A DNA stretch of 51,868 nt, counting the filler, from Streblomastix strix (Eukaryota), in assembly GCA_008636045.1 (NCBI GenBank). It is 2 parts of 2 records of this genome, joined end to end, with 100 filler letters (N's around TTAATTAATTAA, not from the genome) between each part and the next. Parts side by side here need not be neighbours in the genome. Positions count along the whole stretch, not along the records: positions 25,988 to 51,868 come from SNRW01000188.1; 1 more part is not named here. One strand, written 5' to 3'. This document shows, piece after piece, positions 37,253 through 51,699 of the stretch (position 1 is the first letter of the stretch; each line of letters starts with the position of its first letter). Below the pieces are notes generated by a model that was not told where the DNA came from, made no database searches, and was given only the letters and a program-made list of their open reading frames with translations. The position numbers and the translations under genes are program-made.

Positions 37253-38086
37253 AGTTTCATAAAATGTTACATAATAAATTAACTAATGAAATTATGTTTA
37301 GTCCTTATGAGATATGAAAGAATTTTAAATTCAAATTAATTTGAAATGATTATCAGCAATTCATTGTATAATAAATAATAAAAATAATAGGAAATATTTG
37401 TGCGTAATGTATTACTAGATCTGATAACTAAAATTCCGGCCTTCTCCTTTATGTATGTTCACTTTTCAGAGTATTTTTTCTTGAAATGTTGGATAAATGT
37501 CTAATTTCTCTCTAGAGAGAATCATAACATCACAAGTTTAAAAACTATTTAATATAAATCAACAATATACGTCAATTTATTTTATTATGAAAGATTAATT
37601 TGTGCACAATGCTTTGTTAATAGTTTATTACAGTTTATATATGTTATCTAGCACATTTCACAACTTTTCATTTTATAATTTTACAGGACATATATTGTTT
37701 ATCTTAAATAAATATCGTCAATTTCACCTGATTTTCAATAGGTGAAAATTAACTGATAAAAATTATAATTCAGTTTTTGTAAATATCAATAACAATTTAT
37801 CAGACATTATATCATTTTCTTTTCTATAATAATAATGATTTGCGTTATTTTTCCTGTATATTTTTTATTATTAAACAAAATCCATACTATAATAACGGAA
37901 TTTAAACTTATAAAAATCAAAAGCGTACAACGCTCAAATTATAATTAGCTGACCAACAAAAATAATTTAAAGTTGCATACTATTTCATGACTATTGAATG
38001 GAGACAATTTTACTTTCCATTATCAATTAATTAATACAGAAAATATCATTTTTTAATTTTTTTTTGATTTTATTTCTACCAGTTTT

Positions 38087-40921
38087 ATGGATCTTAATAA
38101 TGGTTTTAGTAGCAATAAGAAGCAAGATGAATAGCAGATAGATCTGATTGGAAAAGAACAGAATAATAATGCTCTTAGTTATGTGAAAAAAATTGAAAAT
38201 GAAAAATCTTTTCCAACTGGGAAGAGAAAAAGATAATTGAAGTACCATAAAAAGAAAAGAGAAAAGAAGAAGAAAGAAGAGTTAGAAACTTCACAGGCAT
38301 AAATAGCATAATCTTAGTTTCCCAATATCACTTCATCATCATTAGCATCTTCTTAATCTCCTAATCCAATATCTATAGAATAATTAGGACAAAGATCATT
38401 AAGCAATTCAAGATCATCTGTTAGTTCAAGAGAATAAGAACTATCAGATATACCATCATATTCAGGCGATGAATTATAATAATCCAAATCAGCTTCAGGA
38501 TAGGAATAAATAATTCAAAATCTGAAAGCATTTCCAAATTCGTCTAATAAAACAATTGCAAATAATAATCATTTAAAAACTAATGAACCAATTTCTGATA
38601 TTACTTCACATTTATCTAAAAATTAATAAAAAGAAGAAGATATCAATTAGAAGGAAATGAAACCAGACAATTAAAATGATTAATAAACACAACAACTAAA
38701 TGATAAATAAGAATAAAAGATTGAAGATTCAAATTAATAATAGAATAACAAGGTTCTTGATACTAACTAAAGTTCATCTTCATTTGAATAAGGGTAATTA
38801 TAAACAAACACACAAACTGATATACTGACATATTTCAATGCGAATAATTCACTGTTAGAAAATCCATCAATACCATAATTATAGAAACAGCGTTAATATA
38901 TCACATAAACTCCTTCAACATTGCCATTATCAACATCATTGCACTCTTTATCTTCATTATCTTCTTCATCACCATTATAATCATAATATTAGAATTAATT
39001 TATGATGCAGAATAAATAATATTTACCCCAATTTAATTAAACTGAAAATGCAAATCTAATAAATAATATGAATAAACAAATAAATAGTTAGAAAAGTATC
39101 AATAATGATAATTATTCACCCTTCTAAGTTTCACTTTCATAATTTTAGTCCCCAGCTTATCATTCTAATAAATCATCATAATCATCACTATTAGAAAGAT
39201 CACCATCAATATTTCATCCTATTTTTGATCCAATATATGATCCTATTACTAATCATATTTCTCCTTATCAATAATATAATTCATCTCCAATGATTACTGG
39301 TTCACCATCAATATAATAGATACCAATAACTCCTATATCTCAAACATCATAATTATCATTATCAAATCAGCAATCATCTATAATATCAGAAGCAGCATAT
39401 CTTATATAGCACTCTCCATTAAATATAAGCATGCCATCGAGTAGTATTGCTGAATAAAACATTCCATTTCTGAAATTGGCATCAAATCCTGCTTATATTC
39501 ACAATACAGCATCTTATTCATCACCAAAACAACTTCCTTTAACAACATAAGGATCTCCAAATAATAAATTACTATCACCTATTACATCTTCATTAATATA
39601 AGGATAATCTCCATTACCTTAATAATTATAATAAATACAATTTCAGCAGTAATAACAAATATTACAGAAGAAATAGCAGTATTTTAATTCGTAATTGCCA
39701 CCTTTATCGCAAATTGATAGAAACATACAAAAGATAGATTATGAAAATAAAATACAGCAATAATAATTGTAATAAGAACTATTACTCTAATAGTAAACTA
39801 TTATTTCCCAACAATCAATATCTAATCATTCCACACATTCTCTTTTATCATCAAATTCATCCAATTAATCTGCTTCCATATAATTCAACTCTCCAAATAC
39901 AAACATTTCACCAAATCAAATAACTAATAACAATGTAAATAAACCATTAACTTAAGATCCTTTTCCAAACAATATAACACAATTGCAGAAATAAGCACTA
40001 CAACTTATGTCATAATTATAGCAATAAAGCCTTATTGCTCCTTTACTAATTCCTCCAATAATTCCTCCTGCTACAATTAATCAAACAAATACACAGTTTC
40101 ATGTAACTCTTCCTCCATTTCCTAATATCATAGACAAATAACAATCTATTAATTAGACCTCATTATAATAAAATCAAATATAAAACATATAATTGCAGAA
40201 CTACAATTAAATGTAAGGAAACAATTCACTTCTTCCATAATTATAATATCCATCTCCATATGGAAACAATATTTATTATCCTAATTAGATTGGCCAATAC
40301 AAATCATAATCATATCAGAAAGATGATTACCAACAAGATTAATATTCTCCAAATCAAAACATAGAAGTTGAACAAGAATATTAATTAAATGGTCCAATCC
40401 CTTATAGAAAAATGAAACACACTTAAAAATAACGATTTGTCTATCAAGGAAAAAAAGAAGAGGCTGTAAAAACAACTACAGAATTCTGTTATCATTGTGG
40501 ATAGTTAGGGCATTTATTCAACAGATGTCCATACCATGCACTTACATAAGCTAAAACACCAGAAGAGCTTCAGTTAGTTGAACAGGAAATTCAGAAAGCC
40601 AGACTCGCAGTTGGAGGATAAGGATGGAGAGGAGCTGTTAACAGAATAGAGAACAAGATTACTCCAGATAATCTCTAGAATAACACTTAGGAAGAAAGTT
40701 AGAAATAAGATTAATTACCCAGCAAGGGTAATATAACCTTTGAAGTTGAGCCTAATGCATGTTTCCGATGTGGGAAGACTGGTCATACATCAAAGCAATG
40801 CACATTCCAGGATAACAGAGTGTGCTTTACGTGTGGTGGCATTGGACATGTGTAAAAGCAGTGTCCAATTTAACACAGTTACAAAGAAGAGAAAAAAAGA
40901 TCGCGAAATGAAAACTAATGA
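38087..40921 (+). CDS. Gln/Ser/Pro-rich protein (~944 aa) with three C-terminal CCHC zinc knuckles, probably RNA-binding
   Basis: Start (MDLNNGFSSNKKQDE) and stop (TGA 40919-40921) are in the same frame. The knuckles are CYHCGQLGHLFNRC, CFRCGKTGHTSKQC and CFTCGGIGHVQKQC. Confidence 0.88.
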
Positions 40922-41269
40922 AAAAAATAACGTTCAGTTATTTAGAAGATCAGTGTACAAATGCTTTATTTTATTTGTCGCTTTATAATTATCTTTGCTT
41001 GTTTTAAGATTTATTTATGGCTTTGTTTTATTTTCTTTGATTTTCAGAGATAAAGATCAACAACATTATTTAATTACTTGCTAGTTTTCAAAACTATCTA
41101 ATGCATTTGAAATACTTTTACTTATTAATGTCCTTTTTTAACAATTTACGTAAATAAAACTCATATTTCACTTAAAAAATAATGATTTATTATTCAATTA
41201 ATAATAAAATAAGAAAACAATAAAGAAAAACAACGTTTATACAAACATTTATATTATCAGATATATTAT

Positions 41270-41841
41270 TCATAATTATCCATTCTCAGGATATTAAGAA
41301 TAATAATACTACTCAGATCCAGTATATCCACCAATTCCAGCACTGCTATCTGGTTGAGCATTAGTATCATGTCCTTCAAAAGTAGCAGTTGTAGTTGTCT
41401 GGGCAGCATTCAGTACAATTGGATGTGAAAGTGGTGGATAATTCTTCTATTGAAGAGGAACGAAACTCATTTGTGTTTGTTGGCTTGGTGTTGCAGTATT
41501 TGATGACATTTACACTTTATTCACTGCTTGTTAGGCAAGAGGTTGTAAATGAGGCATAAGATACTACATATTATAAAGTTATAATATGAAAGTAGAATTC
41601 AAAGTTAACCTGTAATTGACTTTATCTTTATTATTACTAATTAGATTCGCTTTTTTATAATATGCTAGTATGTACTAGTCCACAAAAAAATAGAAGAGTT
41701 TCATTAAAAAGAATTGTTTAAATTAATTTTCTTTTTCATATATTGAAATATTATTTCTTAGTGTTGATATGAACTTAATTGCAACTGTTGTATATTTTCT
41801 GATCTTGCATTATTCTTTTAATTGAAAGATTCTGTATTCAT
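41270..41841 (-). CDS. Small Gln/Ser/Thr-rich hypothetical protein, 3 exons
   Basis: MNTESFNQKNNARSENIQQLQL|IHTSILQKSESNQQQQRQSQLQ|YLMPHLQPLAQ...GIGGYTGSEQYYYSQYPENGQL-TGA, with two phase-compatible GT..AG introns. Confidence 0.6.
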
Positions 41842-42006
41842 GTATTGAAGAATATAAATATATAGGTCAATAAGAACAATTTTTATATTTAATGTTTATT
41901 AAATTAATGAAAAAATGACAATTTCATTCATTTTAAAATAAAAACGATAATAAACAATATTATTTAAAGATAAATAGCAAAAATAAAAATTATTTAAAAA
42001 AAAACT

Positions 42007-45000
42007 TCATTGTTTTCTTTTTATCCGTCGAGAAACAGCATCAGCAAGTGATGGTAATGCACTTATTGTATTTGATCGCATTCTGATTGTAATTCTTCGT
42101 TTCTTTTTAGCTTCAAATAGTTTTGATTCTTCTTCATGTTCTCGTTTTGAAATTTTTTTTTATTCTTCTTGGTCAGAGTAATCATAATCAAACTCTGATT
42201 CAGTTTTTTCTTCATTAATTGAATTATTTTATTTAAAATTTTCAATTTCTTTCTCTTTTAATGCTTTTTTAGCTTTCTTTTTCTTCTTTCCTTTTGCAAG
42301 ATACTCAGATACAATAGTTCTTTTAGGTACAACAATCTTCTCAACAATATTTATGAATGGTGAGAATGATTAACTTTAGTTAGGACAATGTGTTGATGAT
42401 GATTACTCTGGACTAATTTATGTAGTTCCTTGTCTTGAGTAGAATAATTAAATTGTAAAATCAATATTTCTTTCTGAATTTGATAGGAAATTGCTAAACA
42501 GATTATTTTAATTATCTTTGCAAATAGAGAAGATATACAGAAATGATATTTATGACGATGGCCAATGTTTGATATCTTCAGAATTTCCTTATTTTCTTTC
42601 ATTTAATGATTCTGATATATTTTATTATCTGGATAACGCGTTGGATTAAATATTTGGAGAAGGAGGAACAATTTTAGGAATTTGAAATAAGAATGAACTT
42701 TAATTTGTATTTGATATGTTAGACGATGATGAAGATTATTATTATTTTTGATCTTCAGGCATGTTTAGATTATTAATATTGGGAATAATCATTAAATTGT
42801 TATTCTTAAGATAATCATATGCATCTTCTTCATCTTCTTCATGCGCTAATATCCATCCTTTATTCAGTTAAGATTTCATATATTACAATCTGCCAATTTT
42901 TATTATTTATCTATTTTTCATTATATTAATATCTTTATTATTCAATTTATGATTATCTTAATCTTTAACCATTCTTTTCTAATTCTTCATTTATTTCATT
43001 TTCTATCTTATATATTCTCGCTTTATTTATTATGGAGATAAAAGAAAGCATAAATGTTCAATTCCACTTTAATCATTTTCCATTTCATTCGCAATCATAC
43101 GAAGTTTTTCTCGCATTTAAGCTAAAGATGATGATTGAACATTCTTATGTTTATATTTTGAAGTTGTTATTTATATGAATAATTATTTCATTTTTTGGTT
43201 GAATTCCGTTTTCTTATCAAGATTATCAGAATATTAATATTTTTCTTATTAAATTTCTTCAATTTCATCTCGTAATGAATGAATGAATAGATCCTCAATA
43301 TATCCTTCAGTAGTTGTTATTTCAAGTATATTATCATCTTATTATTCTTTTTCTATATTTTGATTCCTATCTTATTTTTCAATATTTTAAATATCAATAA
43401 AATATTATATTTGATTGGTGTTGCTATTTATCTGATTGATTTATGGAATAAAGCTGAATATATTCTTCTTTTCATTAATAAATCACATTAATGTTTGATT
43501 ATTTTTCAATTCATTTTCATATTCTTCTGATTCTGATTCTGATTCTGTTGATCTTTCACTTGAACTTGATTCTTTTTCATTTTCTTTATCTTTAATCATT
43601 TTGTCCTTATCTAAATTCGGAACTTTTTCTTTAATATCTTTTTTAATCTGTTTTTATATATCTTTTTTATTTTTTTCATTATAATCAATATTGATTAATC
43701 TTGGTTTATTTGAAAATTTATATCTTGATTATATATTTTATTATTCAGAAAGATAACATTATTCTATAATATCAACAATAATACAATTTGAATAAATAAA
43801 TATTGATGATGAGTACAAATCTTTTGTAATTGGGATGAGGAAGTCATTTTAAAATAATTATTTATTGATTTAGTTTAAATCACCATATTTCTTTATTTCT
43901 CCTTCTTTTATATCCTTATTATAATTATCATTACCATTCAATAAGAATTCATGTCTGTTTATAATACAATTCAATCTGATACGAAATATAATTGGAGAAA
44001 GTGAGATTGAAGGAGAATTGAATTAAGAGAAAGGAATTTGAAGAGGAGCAGTAAATGAGAAAGATTAAGAATATGATTAAGATTAATATTGTATTGAAGA
44101 TTAAAATGAAGATTACTTATAATTTGAAAGTAATAAAGAATTTAAAGGACATGAATATGACAAGAGTAATTAAGGCTGTTGCAATTGTGTTGATATAAAT
44201 GAAGCTTATGGAAATTAAAATGCGAAAGGATTTAATTTATTTGTTTTAATTTCAATTTCATTTTCATTTTCATTATCTTTCTATTTATCTTTTATTTTAA
44301 TATCTTAATATGCTTTGTGTATTTGAGGAGGAAGAAGAAGAGGAAGAATAAAACATTCAACATTGAAAATGAATGTAAATAAATTTGAAGTTGAAGAAGA
44401 AGAAGAATTCAATGGAAATGGTGATATTTGAGATTTAGAATATATTGGAAGGTTTGCAAATGGAATATTATATTGTTATTTAAATGATTATTAATTAGAT
44501 GATTACTATTAATAATGTTATTATTATTACTATTAAGCTACATAATTCAAAATATTAGATAATTCTTTATTCATCTTTACTTCAATGCAGAAATTGATTT
44601 AGTTCTTTTAAAGAGAAATATTAATTGGATCAAAAATTGAATATAAAGAATGATATTATTATTAATTTTATTATTAGATTAATTTGATATGAATAAGTTA
44701 ATTATATTCATACTTTCTTTTATCAACTTATTTCACTTTCGTTTAAATATTTTCATTTTCAATTTATTTATTTATTTATTTTGTTTTATTTTCATGTTTG
44801 TTTGATTCTAATTCAATTCGCATATTTTCAATCAACATCCATATTTCAATCAACCATCTTAATTGAATTAATAATTCATTCATTTATTTATTTTGCATCT
44901 AAATAATGTTTTCTTTATTTCTGTATGTTTTCAATCCACAAATAATTCGGCTCATTTCTAAATGAAGAAAATATGAAGGAGTACTAGATGGAATAAAAGA

Positions 45001-48000
45001 AGTTAATTTTGGATGTTATAACGGAAATGAGAAAGAAGATGATGATGAAGATGTTATTGAAGTGTCTTTTAACATTAATTTATTCTCAATATTATTCACA
45101 TTTTCATTGTTTTCTTTCTTTTTAATGTTTATTTATTGATTTTGAATTACATTTTATTTTTCATATTTTCTTTCTTGTGTTGTCATTGGTATTTGAAAAC
45201 TGAATTTTAGTAAATGAACAATATCATTAAATAATAATTATTGAATTGAATTAGTGCTGTGTGAATAAAGTAGGATTATTGGTGAAGATTAATACATTGA
45301 ATTAGTATTGTTATTCTTGTTTTATTGTTATTTATTTATTTGTCTATTTATTATAGAAATTGAGTATGAATTATTTGTTCTTTATTTCATCATTCTTAGA
45401 ATATAATCATATTTTATTTGCTTATCAGCTTCATTGCTATTCTAATTTATTTCTTGTATTTTAATGTTATTATTCTTTTCAAATTTATTTTATTCTCATT
45501 CTTAATTATTTTCTCCATAAATTAATTCACAGAATTATCTATTCATTGGAATTATTGAAATATCTTTCATTTACAAATTATTTGAATCTTAATTTTTGTT
45601 TAAGTCAGATTTGTCTTTTGATTATTATAATAATTATTATTAATTTGTGAATATATAAACTTTTCTTTATATTCCATTTAAAGCATTATATAATTGAAGA
45701 TCTATTCCAAATATTTTTCTAAACCATTTATTAACTATTTCTCTATCTTAATTATATTAATCGTTTTAATCTTTATTCTTTTCTTTTTATTTGTTTTTAT
45801 TTGGTTTTGATCTGATATTATTAATTCTTTCATTTTCATTCTTATTCATTTCTTATTCTTTTTATTATTCTTTATCTTATTATTTCTATTTACATAATAA
45901 CACAAATAGTTCATCAGTATCAAATAATGGTAAAGCAAATAAAGAAAGATTGTTAATTGATGAGAATAATATCAATGAAAGAGATTATGATTACAAAGAT
46001 GAATTACTTTATTAGTATAATTTATTTTAATTATCATTTTCATCATCAGAATATATATCAATTCCATCTGAAGTTATTTCTTATTAATCATTTTCACCTG
46101 AAATTAAATCTTTTTCTTTTTCATTTTCATTCATTTCATCCGAGTTTTCATTATCATTAAATTTTCTTCTTTTATTTGGATTTATAATTTCACTTTCAAT
46201 TCCAATTCTTTCTTCTGAGTTTGATGATTCTTATTTTGAATGATTTGATCTCCGATATCTTTATTTATTTTATTATTTTCTAATATCAATTGGTAATGTA
46301 ATCAATTAGGCATTTCTCAATTGAAAAGGAATCATTAAATCAATTTCTTCAAAATAATATTATGAATTAATATTATGAGTGGAATTAATATTAGAATTGG
46401 ATTTGGTAAAAAAAGATGAAGATGTAAATATTGATATAATGTTTTGAAAGAATGAATAAAAAGTATTCAATTTTTCATTTATTATTTCATCTTTATAATT
46501 AGTTGTTGAATCATTTATTTCTTGTTGTTTTAAATCTTTAATAATATCTTTTTATATTTGATTATTATTATCTTTCTATTTTATATTTTATTCCTCTTTT
46601 TCTTCATTTTATTTTTCTTCATTTTCTGATAATTATTAATTCTGAACATTTTAGTTGAATTTTAACGCAAACCTTCGGCCTCCAGGAAAAAGTGTTTATG
46701 GAAGTTAAATTTATTATTATTATTATTTGTCAATTATTTTATATTAATTATTATTTTATATTTATTCCTACTCTTTAACCTACTTAATGTTATTATCATT
46801 AGAATATTTCTTCATTTTAATTATTCTGATCTTTCCTCTAATTCCAATGCATATTATATATGGTGTTATTTCTATAAGATTATTAAGATGATTAGAAAGT
46901 GATGAATTATTTAATTATTATTATTATTTATTAATTTAATTCTTATTATCGATTAATCCTCTGAATGAACTATTAGATAATAAAATTGATATTATTTGTT
47001 CACCAAGATTGAATAAGAATATAGAATGAATGATTCCTTAATTGTTATTATAAGATTGTGGTGATTATTATTAAGATGAATGTATTTATTATTGATTTTC
47101 ATTCATTTATTAATTTTATTCATTTTTCAATTCTTCAGTATAAAAAACAATTGATGAAAATATTTCTCCCTTTTTAGTTCCAAATAAATAAATATTATCA
47201 AAAAACCAAATTGATGAAGTAACTGAACTCCAATCAGGAATGTAATTTGAATAATGAGAATTAATTGAATGAGCTAATTATTATTATGGTTATTATTATG
47301 AAATGAGTTTAGTTATTGTTATCTTTTGAATTGTATTTATTTATTTGTTAGTATTTTATTAATTTCTTTCATTTTCATCTTCATTTTCTATTAAATGTTT
47401 CCTTTGTGGTGTTTCATGTGGAGTCATTGTTGACTATTAATAATTTTGAGTATAAGAAGATGTTTAAATTACGGATGGAATTGATGGAGAAAGTGAAATA
47501 TTTTATTATTTATTAGATGTTTCATTGTTTGATGGATTTTGTATTAATTATTATTGAGCTATTTATTATTATATTTGTTATTATTATACAATATTTTACT
47601 TCTTTTACTATTATTTTTTAGCTGATGCAAATCTCCCAGCTGAGGAAAATTAATTTGATTTTGGTTTTGGTTATGTTTGTAAATTAGATGAAGAAGTTGG
47701 TGTGTTAATATTTAATGATGAAGATGAAGATTAATTTTATTATTATTTGGCCGGAGATGAATTTGATAATTAAGGTTTAAGTGGAACTGAATCAATTAAT
47801 AATGTTTATTATTATACTGGAGTATTAATATGCGGATTCTGAATCTTAATTGGTGAATGAGTTAATTGTTGATATAATATTTATTACTGTTGTTATTATA
47901 ATGAATTATTCTTAGTTGGTGAAGTGAGAACAACTTTTGTTGGTTCAAATGAATTCTTATTTACTGATGATATTACAGCATCAAATCCTTTCTTTTATTA

Positions 48001-48681
48001 GAAAATACTGTTGAATGGAGATTTTTATGGAGTAATTTGATTTGATTATAATTATTATTAATGTTATTATTAATTCGTTTAATTTAATTGGTTATTAGTT
48101 TCTTTTTATTGATTAACTTTTTCATTTCTCAAAACAACAATAATTTATTCATTATCTTATTATTTAAACCCAAATATACATCCTTTTCCTCCAATGATAT
48201 TCAAATATTAACAATCATTATCTATTAACATCCAATTTTAAAATATTTTATTTGTTTTTCCAAATTAAATTGGAGAATGAAAAATGTTTGGATTTTATTG
48301 TAATATATTTTATTTAATAATATTTAATTGATGCTATTAATGATGTTTTATTGGCTGAACTTGAGTCTTTTAAATAATTGGTATTTCACCATCAATTTTG
48401 AAATTAAGAAATTTCTTTGGTTTTTCTGGGATTAATTAATTTTGATTATTTTAGTTCATTATTTATTTCTAACTTTATGACACAGAATTACACCAAAGCT
48501 CTCCGTTTCTAAGTAGAACAGCTAAGAACCGACTTGACTCATGCGTTCCATAAGAAAATACATAATGATGAATAGAAGAAGAGAAGTTTATCGACCCTGA
48601 ATCTATACCATCAATAAGAAGTACTAGTGAGTTATTCCCTTTTTTAGAGAGTGTATAATGTCCTTAATAACTTTATTTCAT
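42007..48681 (-). CDS. Giant (~2220 aa) Gln/Ser/Asn-rich protein; no domain recognised; start uncertain
   Basis: The same frame holds at every point checked from ATG 48681 (MKQSYQGHYTLSKKGNNSLVLLIDG...RFLAVLLRNGELWCN) to ...ALPSLADAVSRRIKRKQ-TGA at 42007. Confidence 0.8.
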
Positions 48682-49454
48682 TGCAAGTGGTTTTAGTGCA
48701 ATCTATTAAAGTACTTTTCTTAAATATTATTGATAAAATTAAAAAAATAATCTCAAAAATAAAGCGAAAAATTGAAATAGAAATAAAAATATATTATATA
48801 TATTTAATTATATCTATATATGATATTTAATTAAAAATAAATTGAAATTAAATCAACAACACATTTGCATCTTGGATAAAATTTGATTCATTGTTTATGA
48901 TTTTTAATCTCATCTAAATGGTTGCACTCGCAATTGAATTATTTAAAAATAGTATGAAGAGTAGTAAGTAGCAATTATATTTATATTATATATGTATATA
49001 AAATTATTTATATTAGAACTGGTTAGGAAAAATTTGTTTTTCATGAATTTTACTTGTCAGCTCAGGTGAAATATTTCTCTTCATCTGCACATTATCTGTA
49101 TATTTCAAATAACATAATGGCAAATCGTTTTAGTCTTCCCCTATCTTAGTTTTTCAGCGATGAACATTCCAATTATATTTTTGGATCAATAAGACATCTA
49201 AATAAAATAGAAATGTCATATTCATTATTCTAAAATAAGTTCATAAATTTAATTTATATTATTATACTTTCGTATAACTGAAAATACCAGAAAATACGCA
49301 AAATTTAGTATTTCACATACAACTCGTTCCTGAATATTTTATTTTATATTTTTGTGATATTATCCTGAATTTTCCTTTAATTTGTTAATAAAATATTTCA
49401 TTAAATTTTATATTTAAATTTTTTATTCTTTTTTTTATTCTTTCTAATGAAAAG

Positions 49455-49751
49455 ATGATTATTTCTAGTCTTCTTGTTGTAGCTTTGATATTTTGCGATT
49501 ATTCTACATTATAAAATTCTAATGGTCGTTCTAATGATGCTTGTTTATTCAATGTTAGTAAAACAACTACAGATGCTTTTCGTAACATTTCTAATGTACT
49601 GAAGCAAAATTGTTCTGAATCTGAAGGTTATGAAAGCTAATTTTCGCATGATCTGTAAAAACTCTGTAGTATGTTATATATAAATCAGAGTCAATATACT
49701 TCAACTAATGGATATAGTCAGAGAACCACTACTTGTTATCTAAAATTCTGA
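49455..49751 (+). pseudogene. Truncated secreted or surface-protein fragment with a signal peptide
   Basis: MIISSLLVVALIFCDYSTLQNSNGRSNDACLFNVSKTTTDAFRNISNVLKQNCSESEGYE... ends at TGA after 98 codons. It looks like the N-terminus of a longer secreted protein. Confidence 0.45.
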
Positions 49752-50445
49752 TGGATTATTAGGATTTGGACCAATGTATAAGTCTCCATCGCTTTCTATG
49801 CTTATAGTTTCACTGTATAATACTCCATTCTGAATTCCACCAACAGTTGAGAATTTTTATTCAACCATTTTTAAGTTCAAAATATCTATTAATTTTAAAA
49901 AATGAAAGAAAAAAATAAAAGCAAAGTGCAAATATTATGAGCAATTATGATAATAAGAATTATGAAAATTAAACGTAATTTTAATGTTATTGAATATTTG
50001 GATTAATATTATAATAAAATAATTATAAAGTTATATAACACGAATTTTAGTGTTTTACTGTTAAATTCTTGCTCATCATATTCTAATTATAGGTAATTAG
50101 TTGTAGAGGCAAAATTGAACAAATAAAAAATAGTATATTTTCTAAATATGAAAATATGTAACAGCTAATATATTTAAACATTTTAAGCATTATAACAAGT
50201 GATGTTTTCTTGCATGCTTGATTACGCAATTGCTGTGATGGTAAATAGAGTAAGAGTATATTATATGTACAATGCTTAATAATTACAAATTAAAACGCTA
50301 TTTAAATATTCATGAGTTAAGACATCAAAAATAAAACAATAATTAATCGAGTATACTTTTTTATTAATTTATAATTTCCATGATTAGCCATTATTTAAAT
50401 CATATTTAGATTTACTTTTATATAAAACATTCATTTTGAACTAAT

Positions 50446-51699
50446 TCATTCATCCTGTGTTTTCTTTTCCTCTTTTTCTTTATCTTGTTTCATCATTTCC
50501 CACTGTTTCTACGCAGGTTTATAGGCACTTGAGTGTAAATAGATCAATCGAGTCAAATAAAATTCACTTTATGATGGAAGTCTAGATATATCCTACAGTC
50601 TTATGAGTGGGTGAAGTTCTTTTCCTAGTTCAATTTCAATCGCATTAAAAGGATTATCATCTTTCTTAGGTAATTATTTCAGTTATTAATCTTCAACTCC
50701 AAATTGATCAACCAATTCATATTCTTTCAAATATAATTATTTCACAAATCCTGCATTTGGATATATTTTTGATCTTTGATGAAAAGTAATCTCAAATGCA
50801 TTTGCAAAGGTCAGATGATATTTTACCATCAAATATCCAATGACAACTGAAGCTGAACGTGATGCCCCTGCAAAACAATGAACAAATATTCTGGGTCGAT
50901 GAAGAATAACTGATGATGAAGATGAAGAAGATGATTATTAAGATTATTTCTAACATCCATTTAATGCACTGTCGATGAATTGATATGTTTCAGAGAAGTT
51001 GATCTGTTATTCAAGATCATCTTCCATACCCATATGATGAACAATTACTTCTTCTGGTACTTTATATTCCTCCAAAGATTTACCATCTAATCCTGGAGCA
51101 TATTCTTTGACACAATTTAATACATGCGTTATTCTGAGCTCTTTCATTATATTGACCATTTCATCTTCATCCATATATCCTCCAAGAAAAAGATCAGGAA
51201 TTATTTCATTGGGAATTCTGAATAGATTTTGCCTCCTTGTTATTTCTTCTGATGTCGATGAACATATCACTGAATAATTGGATCTAAAAATATCAAATTC
51301 AACGTCCAAGGTATAAATATGGTTTGATTAGACACAGTCTGTAATTATCTTGCATAAATCACTCATAAAAGAATCTAAAAATTAAATAATTAGAAAAATA
51401 ATATTAATAAGTGTTAGCATGAGAAGAATCAAACCATAATTTTTGATAGAAATGAGATAAATATCAAATTCTGTTCCTTTTACTGCTTTCTATCATCCAG
51501 ACATATCCTTAAGGATTTAATCTATTTATATTTTAACTCTTTATGTCCAATCTGTAAATGGAAGATGTGATGCAATATCTAAATTATTTGAATTTATTAC
51601 ATGGCATTAGTCAAATAAATCTTTAGGACGTAGATCAAATACAATTGTAAACTATTTTTCTGCTTTGTTGAATAAATCTTGTTCTGAAATAAACTGCAT
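50446..51699 (-). CDS. Dual-specificity (MKP-like) protein phosphatase with an N-terminal rhodanese-like domain; one in-frame TGA
   Basis: MQFISEQDLFNK...VFDLRPKDLFDQCHVINSNNL (rhodanese-like), a 60-nt intron at 51375-51434 with a GCTAAC branch site, then PNEIIPDLFLG, ITHVLNC, IFVHCFAGASRSASVVIGYLM (catalytic loop 50857-50880) and RSKIYPNAGFVKQL. The stop TGA is at 50446. Confidence 0.9.

Noticed and set aside
26700..37980. Terminal inverted repeats and TSD of the Polinton-like element
   Set aside because: Visual comparison of 26700-28200 with 37250-37980 found no convincing inverted match; only a local hairpin at ~37718-37753.
38087..40921. Retrotransposon gag (CCHC knuckles next to an integrase-bearing element)
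   Set aside because: No protease, RT or LTRs follow. The ORF is intact and Q/S/P-rich like the host genes, whereas the element is decayed.
783..46160. Most ORF-track entries (hydrophobic F/L/I-rich short ORFs)
   Set aside because: They are antisense or off-frame shadows of long TAR=Gln genes. Only a few (5396-5680, part of 7162-7356, and 51007-51309 further on) overlap true frames.
48897..49240. Additional small gene between the 42007-48681 gene and 49455
   Set aside because: Short open stretches exist on both strands with one intron-like segment, but I could not build a phase-consistent model or recognise a motif.
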